From a virus (lineage: Duplodnaviria > Caudoviricetes), in the IMG/VR virus record IMGVR_UViG_3300027956_000004, positions 1-34,017 of that record: DNA of 34,017 nucleotides; one strand, given 5' to 3'. Both the position numbers and the translations under genes were made by a program. The notes under the pieces are model-generated. The model was not told the origin of the DNA. It saw only the letters and a program-made list of their open reading frames with translations, and made no database searches. Shown here in pieces: positions 1 through 8,371 of the stretch (the stretch's first letter is position 1; each line of letters starts with the position of its first letter).

Positions 1-127
1 GTGTTTTCAGGTGAAAGCAAAAACTCTAAGAAAGGCAATTGCTCACGCTGACCAACTTCGATAAAGAGTTCGCTAAGTGACATTTGCACATTAGGACACT
101 CCGATAGAATGCGAGATATAGACATGA
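1..127. repeat. Terminal direct repeat, copy 1 (identical to 33891-34017)
   Basis: gtgttttcaggtgaaagc...gagatatagacatga occurs at both ends. 127 nt matches a common assembler k-mer, implying a circular or permuted 33,890-bp genome. Confidence 0.95.
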
Positions 128-223
128 TAAAATGTAGTTTGGAATTGCTTTCAGTTTAAAAGGCCGAAAGTTGCGCCTACTTTGTGCCGATAAGTTGGCA
201 CTCACTACATCATCATAGAGCCG

Positions 224-231
224 CAAAGATA
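224..231 (-). promoter_or_regulatory. Bacteroidota-type -7 box (TATCTTTG) for the major capsid gene
   Basis: Matches TAnnTTTG; about 100 nt upstream of the capsid ATG (position 125 = 34015). Confidence 0.7.
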
Positions 232-234
232 AAC

Positions 235-260
235 AAAAAAAGCCAGCATTGCTGCTGGCT
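235..260 (-). terminator. Intrinsic terminator
   Basis: Minus strand AGCCAGCA-GCAA-TGCTGGCT followed by a U-tract. Confidence 0.8.
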
Positions 261-355
261 CTGACAAAAAAGAACAATGAAACAAAACAACTATCTACAT
301 GAAGGGCCAGCATCCCTGCCAGCCCTTCGCCCAAATCATATTGATGTATGAAACT
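235..355 (-). ncRNA. Candidate ~120-nt small RNA
   Basis: TATATTTG box at 360-367, GAAGGGC/GCCCTTC hairpin at 301-328, U-rich stretch, terminator at 235-260; only a 14-codon ORF lies wholly inside. Confidence 0.35.
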
Positions 356-359
356 TTGA

Positions 360-367
360 CAAATATA
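360..367 (-). promoter_or_regulatory. -7 box TATATTTG
   Basis: TAnnTTTG immediately after the stop of 368-640. Confidence 0.5.
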
Positions 368-640
368 TTAAGGCAATTCGATTCTACCAAAAAAAGGTTT
401 ATCATTTACTGACCTTCTGCCTTCGCAGCTCCAAAGCTGGCGAGCCCACCAATTGGCCGAGCCCCTTGGCGAAGGAATACCGTTGCTTCTTGCGCAGTAA
501 TTATTGCCTGCATCAGTGCCAGGATTGATGCGATAGCCTGATGCACCAAAGTGAATCTCATTGCCATCTTCATCAACCGCCTTGTACTTCTTGTCAGCAC
601 GGTCTGATGCAGTCACATTATAACCCTCATACATCGGCAT
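368..640 (-). CDS. Small conserved viral protein (resembles DUF5754/DUF6321-type proteins)
   Basis: KKYKAV..IHFGASGY..YCARS..SANWWARQLW pattern; own -7 box at 663-670. Confidence 0.7.
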   Translation of the reverse strand: MPMYEGYNVTASDRADKKYKAVDEDGNEIHFGASGYRINPGTDAGNNYCARSNGIPSPRGSANWWARQLWSCEGRRSVNDKPFFGRIELP

Positions 641-662
641 ACTTCAGCTCTCTTAAGGTTTG

Positions 663-670
663 CAAAATTA
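663..670 (-). promoter_or_regulatory. -7 box TAATTTTG
   Basis: Intergenic TAnnTTTG 22 nt upstream of the ATG at 640. Confidence 0.55.
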
Positions 671-772
671 TAGCAATTGCAATGGTTAGATCGTTTGCAG
701 TTACCATCTTATCATGAAATCCTTGCCGCCAAGAATGATGCTGATCAAGAATGTCAATTGCTTTTTTCAGTG

Positions 773-1597
773 TCATTTGCTGAAGAATCTTGGGTTGATG
801 CCTTTGATCTTCTTATCGGATTGCCCTTCCAATTGCGGCATCATTGGCGCACCTGGTCTCGGAACTCTCTGCCCTGCTGATGGATTCTTCATGATGATAC
901 CGGCAGCAGTTGCTTCCGCAAGTAGCACATCAGATAAGTTGAGGAATGAGCCAGCCTTCTCCTTGCTCTTCAATCGCTCACCGCTGTTGCGGTCCTTCAC
1001 ATAGATGTTGCCATCATCTTCTAAGTCGATTGCATACTTTTCGCCAATGGTAGCCTTAAAGCCTTTAATTGTGAATTCATTCACTGAAGGATCAAGCTTG
1101 ATGGATCCAAGCTCGCGCTCGAAAGTATGGTTGATCTTGCTTTGCTTCTGCTCCTCAACCATTTTATTCTTAAATTGCTCGAATTGGTTGATTGCTTCTT
1201 GGCGTGCAGTATCAACCTCAGTCAATTTCTTCTCAAGGCTCTTGTGCTTTTTCTCCCACTCTTTGACTAACTCTTCGCTTCCAGACTTGTCAGCTCTTTG
1301 CTGCCACTCATCTTGCTGCTTTTCATAAGCATCACGAGCACGTTCCGAGGCCATGCGTAAGACATCTTGTGCCTTCTTGTCCTTGAAATCTTCTTCAGTG
1401 AGCGTAACTCCAAAGGGCTCAAATGCTCTTTTAGCAACGTGAGCAATTGTTCCATTAATCTTTCCGAGCTTGTCGTTTAGCTCCTTGCTGTTTACCCAGT
1501 TCTCCTGAAACTTTTCCTTCGCTTCCTCCAGGTTTTCTACTTCGTTTAGGTTTAGGAAGTTCACCAGTTCCAGTGCTTCCTCCGGTTTGATCGGCAT
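773..1597 (-). CDS. Probable capsid scaffolding protein
   Basis: 274 aa, E/K/Q-rich coiled coil, between the minor head and major capsid genes. Confidence 0.7.
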   Translation of the reverse strand: MPIKPEEALELVNFLNLNEVENLEEAKEKFQENWVNSKELNDKLGKINGTIAHVAKRAFEPFGVTLTEEDFKDKKAQDVLRMASERARDAYEKQQDEWQQRADKSGSEELVKEWEKKHKSLEKKLTEVDTARQEAINQFEQFKNKMVEEQKQSKINHTFERELGSIKLDPSVNEFTIKGFKATIGEKYAIDLEDDGNIYVKDRNSGERLKSKEKAGSFLNLSDVLLAEATAAGIIMKNPSAGQRVPRPGAPMMPQLEGQSDKKIKGINPRFFSK

Positions 1598-1721
1598 ATA
1601 TTGTAGGTGTATTAATTGGTTGCAATGTCAACTCTCGTGCGCCTTTCTTTTTAAGAAGGTGCTCGGCCACCATATCAGAGGCTTGAATGATGCGGCCACT
1701 ACTTAGAATTAGGTGTCTCAT
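1455..1721 (-). CDS. Hypothetical basic protein overlapping the scaffold gene
   Basis: Fills the gap after the minor head gene; ATG lies 4 nt after TACCTTTG (1726-1733). Confidence 0.55.
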   Translation of the reverse strand: MRHLILSSGRIIQASDMVAEHLLKKKGARELTLQPINTPTIYADQTGGSTGTGELPKPKRSRKPGGSEGKVSGELGKQQGAKRQARKD

Positions 1722-1725
1722 ATAA

Positions 1726-1733
1726 CAAAGGTA
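1726..1733 (-). promoter_or_regulatory. -7 box TACCTTTG (probably leaderless transcript)
   Basis: TAnnTTTG in an AT-rich intergenic spacer. Confidence 0.6.
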
Positions 1734-1744
1734 ATTAAATTTAA

Positions 1745-2656
1745 TTAATCAATAAATCCTTCTGCCCTTGCCCTTGCCTTGACACTCTCAGGCACTTTGC
1801 GATCAGGCACTGGCACAAGATAGTGCCGACAGTTCCACCCGCCTACAAATGTAAATATCGACTTACTATCCGTGCCATCAATGCGCCCGGCCCATGTGCC
1901 GTTCCTTATGTCATTTATTCCAGCAGAATTCTTCCCAGCTCCCCATGCTTCAATCTCGCCCCTGTGATATATCTCGCCTTCACGATGCTCGCAGAATGGC
2001 CGTGTTGTTGGTATCTCACCGCCAAGGTATTCAAACCACTCCAAGCCAAGCTCCTCATTTACCGCCGCTGAATAGCTTCTATCCGCAACGGCTTGGGCTG
2101 TTGTTGCTGTGGTTTTGATATTGGCAAGCAGCCTTCCATCATTGGCTTCTGTACCGGTGACTAATCCCTCCAATGCATTGACTGCCTCTCTTAGTGGGGC
2201 CCTTGCTGCGATGTTGGTAGTTAGCTGCTCAAGGAATGGCTGAGTGAATCGCTGATCAAGTCCGCTTCCAAAGAATGCATTGATTGCATTCTGCTTGGAT
2301 ATTTGAAGCAATTGCTTCTGCACCTCATTGGGCTCAAAGCTTTCCTCAAATGTTCTTGCAATGTCGTTTGTGAGCACAACGCCCTTATCGATGGAATCCA
2401 AAAAGTCCTTTACGGCTTGGCGATATTCACTGCCTGCAAGCACCTTCTTGAGCTCGTCTGATATCAAACCTATGCGCCTGATGTTGTCTTCTGTCTGCTC
2501 AATGTTGCCATCAGCAGATACATCCATATCTTCAAGCAGAGGCTTGATCTTGCGCCATGCCTCTGCCTGAGTTTTAATTGCTGCCGTCTCGAGTCGTTTG
2601 GGAACTTCCTCGAATAGCCGAATCTTATCGCGAACTAAGGAATCAAATGATGCCAT
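1745..2656 (-). CDS. Minor head / head morphogenesis protein (Mu gpF / SPP1 gp7-like)
   Basis: TTRPFC ... GGWNCRH motifs; directly follows the portal gene. Confidence 0.8.
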   Translation of the reverse strand: MASFDSLVRDKIRLFEEVPKRLETAAIKTQAEAWRKIKPLLEDMDVSADGNIEQTEDNIRRIGLISDELKKVLAGSEYRQAVKDFLDSIDKGVVLTNDIARTFEESFEPNEVQKQLLQISKQNAINAFFGSGLDQRFTQPFLEQLTTNIAARAPLREAVNALEGLVTGTEANDGRLLANIKTTATTAQAVADRSYSAAVNEELGLEWFEYLGGEIPTTRPFCEHREGEIYHRGEIEAWGAGKNSAGINDIRNGTWAGRIDGTDSKSIFTFVGGWNCRHYLVPVPDRKVPESVKARARAEGFID

Positions 2657-4550
2657 TCAGAAGATCCTGTTGTGCTTGTTGTATCGGGTCCAACTTAACT
2701 GCTACACGCTCGGATGCCAATCGGTTAAGTGCTGCCACTTGCTCGCCCATTGGAAGATCGATGAATCTTTGCGCATCTTCAGTAGGAATAAAGTTGCGAA
2801 TCAATTCCATGATGAGCTGAGGTGCACTGTGGTGAATCACATCTTGGTAACGCTCAACCGTTCCATTTGCAATCCTTGCCACAATGTCTGCGCTGCTCAT
2901 CAGGAGCAACTCATCGGCATTGATAATAAGATCGTAAACTGCTGAGGTCTCCTCATCGGTATAGTGAATCGCACGAATGTAGTTGTACACGTTGCTGAAT
3001 GTAATCGATGGAGGCACACCAGCCTTCACGCCTTCGCTAATGATTGACAAGTAATCTGATGGCGTGCTGATGTCGAAGCTTGTCGGATAAACCAAGTTCA
3101 CCCCTCCAAAGTTTTCGCCATAGCGCATCTTGCCCATTGTCACCAAGCAGAACTCATACAAGTTAAATATCTGGTCAGAGATAGGCTTAATGAATGCATA
3201 GAGCGCACGCACCTTGTTCAATGATCCTGTTGCGGTTGATGCCTCCCCAATAGTTGAGGCTTCGTCTGATGAAGGCAAATGCAATATTCTTCTTGCCTTG
3301 GACATCTGCATCTCAATCTCGCCTCGCAAAAATGTCAATGTATCCATTGGAGGTGAAACGAACTTCAAGTATTCACCGCTAAGTGAACTGTCTCCATCGC
3401 TCAAAGATGTTTTTGGCTTAATCAAAAGCATGCCAGTAGGCGAAAATCTTGACTTCACTCCGGACCCGTTACATGAACCGCAAGTCCTGTAACCGCCATT
3501 GATTGGATCAAAGATTTGGCCATCCTGGCACTTGTTGCCTTCACGATCGATGAACTCGCAAATCTCACCAAGGGCCACCATGAATGGGAAGGCACTTGTG
3601 GCTTTGCTAATTTGCAAGTATGACTCATCGAGAATAACCTGATCGAGCAATGGCACTGCTGTGATAAACGGCGATTGAAAAGCAATGTGACCACCTACAA
3701 GCTGAGGCATGCCTTCAAGCTTGTGACATGGTACATAGCCAAGGTTGTGAGCGAAGTAAAGCACTGGCTCGCTGAAGGTCATGTCTGACTTCTTGCCAAT
3801 CTGGTAAACTTTCCAGATGTTCATGTTGTCATAAATCTCCAACACAAGGCCACTCTTCTCAGTCTTGCTTGCGACCTTTACTTCCGTTCTGTCATCAGTG
3901 ATGACCATGTAATAATCGCCAAATTGCTGACCAACTATGCTCTTGCAAGAATAGTATTCCGGCATCGGGCGAATGAGCTCATTAGAAACAATCTCTTCGC
4001 CTTCCTCATCCATCACTGTGTCGATGTCATCAGGCTCGATTGCAATGATGCCATTGGGATCAATGAGCTTTAATGTTGGCACCATTGTCTTGATGAACAT
4101 CTCAAGCGATCCGAACTTTGCAATCTCTTCGTTAACAAAACGCTGGAAAGTATCTTGTCCAAAGATTGGCTCAAGCTCTTGGCTGTATCGAATGCTCCAG
4201 TTCTGATCTGCGAACGCACGGCTAATCGTAGCCTTAAAGTCCTCAAACACGCTTAGTGTTGTGGGCTTGTAGTTGGCTCGGATATATTCAGCCTGTGCAT
4301 CGGTCTGATTCGGAGCTCGCACGCTGAGAAGATGTGCAGGGTAAATGTCTGGCCGGGTATGCGGCAAGATGCTGTCATACATCTTAGCGGCATAGTTATA
4401 GCCCGGCCAGTATTCTGGATATTGTGTAACACCAGTGCGCTCCTTTGTGATGGGATTGATCGGGCTCTTAGTGGCCGCATTCTCCCATCCCTTGTGCAGA
4501 TAAGCGAACTTGTTTACAATCTTGTCAATCTCCTCAGTAGTAAGTGCCAT
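2643..4550 (-). CDS. Probable portal protein with a Cys-rich insert
   Basis: 635 aa, upstream of minor head, scaffold and capsid genes; contains C..C..CGSCNGSG. Confidence 0.7.
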   Translation of the reverse strand: MALTTEEIDKIVNKFAYLHKGWENAATKSPINPITKERTGVTQYPEYWPGYNYAAKMYDSILPHTRPDIYPAHLLSVRAPNQTDAQAEYIRANYKPTTLSVFEDFKATISRAFADQNWSIRYSQELEPIFGQDTFQRFVNEEIAKFGSLEMFIKTMVPTLKLIDPNGIIAIEPDDIDTVMDEEGEEIVSNELIRPMPEYYSCKSIVGQQFGDYYMVITDDRTEVKVASKTEKSGLVLEIYDNMNIWKVYQIGKKSDMTFSEPVLYFAHNLGYVPCHKLEGMPQLVGGHIAFQSPFITAVPLLDQVILDESYLQISKATSAFPFMVALGEICEFIDREGNKCQDGQIFDPINGGYRTCGSCNGSGVKSRFSPTGMLLIKPKTSLSDGDSSLSGEYLKFVSPPMDTLTFLRGEIEMQMSKARRILHLPSSDEASTIGEASTATGSLNKVRALYAFIKPISDQIFNLYEFCLVTMGKMRYGENFGGVNLVYPTSFDISTPSDYLSIISEGVKAGVPPSITFSNVYNYIRAIHYTDEETSAVYDLIINADELLLMSSADIVARIANGTVERYQDVIHHSAPQLIMELIRNFIPTEDAQRFIDLPMGEQVAALNRLASERVAVKLDPIQQAQQDLLNGII

Positions 4551-4630
4551 TACGCAGTTGCTTTAGTGGTTGGTTGGTTTATGATGTGCGAGCCGCATGA
4601 CTTAGTGCGGCAAAAGTTTAATGCTTTCAT
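4550..4630 (-). CDS. 26-aa micro-ORF MKALNFCRTKSCGSHIINQPTTKATA (not in the ORF track)
   Basis: ATGA overlap with the methyltransferase stop and TAATG overlap with the portal start. Confidence 0.55.
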   Translation of the reverse strand: MKALNFCRTKSCGSHIINQPTTKATA

Positions 4631-5202
4631 AGTTTCTGAAGTATTGAAAGGCCACGGCCTTCGGATGTGTTTAATGTGATTACATTGTACTTGTAATGCG
4701 CTGCATATTCCATTAGCTTTTTAACATCAGGAATGTGGATTGTATCATGATATGCAATGATGCCACCTTGGGCAATCACTCGCTCAACCTCTTTGAACTC
4801 TGGAAGGATATTCTCCCAGGAGTGATCTCCGTCAATGAAGATAAAATCAAAATGCTTTGCTGGCATCTGCTTAATCTTCTGAATAGATTCGCCAAGGATA
4901 AAATCAACAGCAACCCCGTTTCTTGCAAGGTCATGCGTAAGATAGTCGTTGATGTCAATGCCTGCGTAGTAGCCTCCGATTGGCAATGCCTCAATCATCT
5001 TGATTGCTGTCTCGCCTTCAAATACTCCAACCTCAAGCACTGTCTTGGCTTGTGTCATCTTGATAAGTGAGCCAATGAATTCGCAGACATCAGGCTCGCT
5101 ATTCCATCCGTGACGTGCTACTTCATTAAATGTTGCTGTTGTCACAATTTCTTTTACTTTCTTAGGTCTGCCTCTTTTTGGCTTATCGCTTAGGGTCTGC
5201 AT
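4627..5202 (-). CDS. Class I SAM-dependent O-methyltransferase (Methyltransf_24-like)
   Basis: VLEVGVFEGET, FDFIFIDGDH and GGIIAYHD motifs. Confidence 0.9.
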   Translation of the reverse strand: MQTLSDKPKRGRPKKVKEIVTTATFNEVARHGWNSEPDVCEFIGSLIKMTQAKTVLEVGVFEGETAIKMIEALPIGGYYAGIDINDYLTHDLARNGVAVDFILGESIQKIKQMPAKHFDFIFIDGDHSWENILPEFKEVERVIAQGGIIAYHDTIHIPDVKKLMEYAAHYKYNVITLNTSEGRGLSILQKL

Positions 5203-6103
5203 GTTTGTGATCTGTTATTCTGTGAATGAAGTATTTGTGCTGAATGCCATCCTCTTGCATCCATGCTTTTAGTTTTCGATCCAGCCAATCCGTGTAGAAT
5301 GTTGGTGTGAATCCTTTGCCTCCATAGTAGCTCATTAGGTAGAACTGCTCTTCGATTTGCGAAAAGGTGAATTCACGATTCATCTGAAAGCAGATGGCAT
5401 TAACTTCGTACGGCTTGAATTTATTTTTGCCAAATGACACGTTGAAGTAAAGCTCATCAGGTTGCCCACCGCCCCACTTCATGCGCAGCTTGTTCAATGG
5501 CATCGGATTGTTGATGTACATATCAGCAGCCATTCGATAAATAGCTTCTGCCTTTTCGCACTTCTGAATAAATTGGATTGAGCTGTTGATTGCATAAATC
5601 TTGTCGGACTTCACCAGTCCAAAATGTTGCCATAGCTGATCAGCCCAAGCCCATTGCATCTGCTTGAAATCTCTGCCTTTGTCAATGGTGTGCTCGCCAA
5701 CTACATGAGTGGCATACTCAGCATCATTCTCGATTAGCTGGTCAATCAATGGCTGCAAGTCTTTGAGGCATACAGCATCGACATCGAGGTATAGGTTGTT
5801 CTGGTATGGAAAGTAATCGTAAAGCAAAACTTTAGCCTTGCCAGGATCAAGTTTCTTGTTCGTGTAGATGTGCTGCTCTGGAAGCTCAACATAAACATCG
5901 ATGACATTTGTCAGGTCATGACAATAATAGGTAGCTCTTTCTTGGCTGTCGCAAATCAATGAAATCTGCAAATGCTTGTTAAATCGCTTAATCGAGTAAG
6001 CAAGATTGTAAGCAGCCCAGTAATACTGAGGCTTACCAAAAGCAACAAGCACAACCCCTGATGAGGCGTGCTTGTCACTCTGATTTGTTGGTTGAATATC
6101 CAT
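5183..6103 (-). CDS. GT-A fold glycosyltransferase (GT8-like)
   Basis: LYLDVDAV DxD motif, INSS and QPDE motifs. Confidence 0.75.
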   Translation of the reverse strand: MDIQPTNQSDKHASSGVVLVAFGKPQYYWAAYNLAYSIKRFNKHLQISLICDSQERATYYCHDLTNVIDVYVELPEQHIYTNKKLDPGKAKVLLYDYFPYQNNLYLDVDAVCLKDLQPLIDQLIENDAEYATHVVGEHTIDKGRDFKQMQWAWADQLWQHFGLVKSDKIYAINSSIQFIQKCEKAEAIYRMAADMYINNPMPLNKLRMKWGGGQPDELYFNVSFGKNKFKPYEVNAICFQMNREFTFSQIEEQFYLMSYYGGKGFTPTFYTDWLDRKLKAWMQEDGIQHKYFIHRITDHKHADPKR

Positions 6104-6642
6104 TATCCAAAAATCCCAGCAGGGGCATCGTATTGTTCAGGGATATTCTTGTCACGCCATGAGAACGTCACTTCGTAACGCTGCAATTCATTGTTCTGCT
6201 CAGGCAAGATGAACTGTGCTGATGTGCTCAATCCTTGTGGTGGGTCGATGTATATCACCTTACCGCTATCGCACATGTACGCGAGTACCCATCCAATGCG
6301 GCGGTTGTTTACATCATTCCAGAACAAGTTATTCTCATCAGTTACGTTTGCATCATAAAGGGTTGCAGTACGGTCTTCGTTGATACGAATTGGAGTACCG
6401 CAGCCGATTGGGCTGTCAACAATTACCGGAGAACCAGCAGGCAAAGCGAAGCGGATGTCCTCAATGAGTTTTGCAGTTCCAGCATCTAATAATGCTTGAA
6501 GTGCCACATCATCTGAAGGGTCAACCAATTCTGTGCCGCAGGCTCCAACGATAATCGCAGAAACACCACCGAGCTTGTATTCGTTGCAGGTTACTAAGTT
6601 GTGATCAAGTAGCGAAGAGTCGCAGTAGCTTACACAAGCCAT
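6103..6642 (-). CDS. Probable major tail (tube) protein
   Basis: 179 aa, acidic, C..GG N-terminus; own promoter and leader; in the tail module. Confidence 0.55.
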   Translation of the reverse strand: MACVSYCDSSLLDHNLVTCNEYKLGGVSAIIVGACGTELVDPSDDVALQALLDAGTAKLIEDIRFALPAGSPVIVDSPIGCGTPIRINEDRTATLYDANVTDENNLFWNDVNNRRIGWVLAYMCDSGKVIYIDPPQGLSTSAQFILPEQNNELQRYEVTFSWRDKNIPEQYDAPAGIFG

Positions 6643-6723
6643 AGTATAGAGATTTAATTTGTTGGTGTGATGCCAGTTGAATAGGATGGCTCACTAAGTC
6701 CTACGTCTCTATGATGATCTGTG

Positions 6724-6731
6724 CAAATATA
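6724..6731 (-). promoter_or_regulatory. -7 box TATATTTG
   Basis: Intergenic TAnnTTTG about 80 nt upstream of the ATG at 6642. Confidence 0.65.
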
Positions 6732-6736
6732 CGAAT

Positions 6737-8371
6737 TTATTCTTGATACAAATTGATGTTGTTTTGTGTTAGCAATCTATCGCCATCCTGAGCCAATATA
6801 AAAGGCTCGTCATCCAAATCCAATATCGAAGGTAGGCAATTGGCATCGGCTGCCGTACAGACCGTTTTACGCACCTTCTCGTTCTTCTTAAACAAGTCGA
6901 TGGTTATCGAGCCAAGGTCATTGCCATCGTTATACTCGATGTCTGGGAAGTCAGCCTCAGCAGGCGAGTAAAGCTCGCCGTTTACATACAAGTTGTCGAA
7001 GTAGGTAATGATCGAAAGGAAGTCAAAGACATACTCAGGCAATTGACCAAAGAAGTAAGACACACGCTTGCGGATATCGGCATAGGATGTCACAGCCTTG
7101 CCGCTTGCATATCTGAACAAGTCCACATCCGAATTGTACTGAGCGCGGAATCTGCGGCCCTCCAATCGGATGCCTGGCAAGAATGATGTGCCATTGAATG
7201 CAAGGCCGAATTGATTCTCTGCATTGCAGCCTTCGAGCTTGAAGAACTTGCAATTGTCGGAGTAATCGCCAATCTTGATTAGGTCGCTGTAAAGGTCATA
7301 GCTTGCCCAGTTCTTGTCAGCTCGCACGGTTACACGCTTGACTGTGATTTCGCCATCTCCAACTCCGAACTGAGAGCCGAGCAAGCTTAATGGGCCTGTG
7401 CTTGTCACTGTGATTGTGAAGTTGTAAGTGCCTGCCGCATTGATTATGGTGCCATAATTAAGGCCATCTACTTGCAAGCGAAGCCGTGCATTGCTAATTG
7501 AATCAACTTCAATCTCAACATAATAATCCGTGTCCTCGCAAAGCTCTGTTGCTGAAACCAAACTTGTTGCATTAGATCCAACAGTCAAATCAATTTGCGC
7601 TTCACCAAGCCCGATGTTCCAGTCATCCGATCCAGTTACTGGCTGCGAGAACCATCCGATTGGCGTTCCTGCTGGAGGGCTGTTGAAGAAAGGATTGAAT
7701 ATAAAGTATTGTCCGCAAGTATTCGTGCAATAGTCCGCAATCGCTAAACGATAGCAGCCTGCCTCGATATCCACATCTGCCATATCGATGGCAGCAGTCA
7801 AGTATTGCTGACTCGTTGTGATTACTGGATCAAGCCGCTCAACAACTGCCAAAGTCTGCGCATCCACAATGCCAGCGAATAAACCACCATTTGGAACCGG
7901 CACAACACTGTCGATAACAAATGATCCATCGAATGGCTGTGTGCCATTGCTAAATGCTATAAGTATTGCATTGCTTGTTAAGTCTGATGTGGTTAAGTAT
8001 AGCGTATGCGTGCCTTGTGTTGATACATCAAGGAAAGAGCCGCCGTTAATTGTAACCCTTAAATCGCCAACAATATCGCTCACAGTTATGGTCACGATAA
8101 AGTTAGCCACCACATCATATCGCAAGTAGCTTGCAATGTATCCGCCTGTGCTTGCGCCACTGCCTGTTATGGTGCTGCCATCCTGTGTCCAAGGTGCGAC
8201 CAATGTCTCGTCAAAGAACTCAACCACACCACACTGCCCAGCCTCGAGCTGCCAGAATAGTTGATCATTGAAGTCCACCAACTGCGAATAGTCCGAGCCA
8301 CAGCCTTCGCAGCCTTCAGGCAAAGTTGAGTTGAAGATAATCGGTTGATAAGGTAGAGATGTGTAACTCAT
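6737..8371 (-). CDS. Tail tip/baseplate structural protein
   Basis: 544 aa, beta-rich, second gene after the tape measure; ends in FILAQDGDRLLTQNNINLYQE. Confidence 0.65.
   Translation of the reverse strand: MSYTSLPYQPIIFNSTLPEGCEGCGSDYSQLVDFNDQLFWQLEAGQCGVVEFFDETLVAPWTQDGSTITGSGASTGGYIASYLRYDVVANFIVTITVSDIVGDLRVTINGGSFLDVSTQGTHTLYLTTSDLTSNAILIAFSNGTQPFDGSFVIDSVVPVPNGGLFAGIVDAQTLAVVERLDPVITTSQQYLTAAIDMADVDIEAGCYRLAIADYCTNTCGQYFIFNPFFNSPPAGTPIGWFSQPVTGSDDWNIGLGEAQIDLTVGSNATSLVSATELCEDTDYYVEIEVDSISNARLRLQVDGLNYGTIINAAGTYNFTITVTSTGPLSLLGSQFGVGDGEITVKRVTVRADKNWASYDLYSDLIKIGDYSDNCKFFKLEGCNAENQFGLAFNGTSFLPGIRLEGRRFRAQYNSDVDLFRYASGKAVTSYADIRKRVSYFFGQLPEYVFDFLSIITYFDNLYVNGELYSPAEADFPDIEYNDGNDLGSITIDLFKKNEKVRKTVCTAADANCLPSILDLDDEPFILAQDGDRLLTQNNINLYQE

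Noticed and set aside
1-127. 127-bp end repeat as a biological terminal repeat
   Set aside because: The length equals a common assembler k-mer and it falls inside the capsid gene; more likely circularisation overlap.
26-334. 102-aa minus-strand ORF
   Set aside because: Crosses a terminator and promoter and overlaps the capsid start out of frame.
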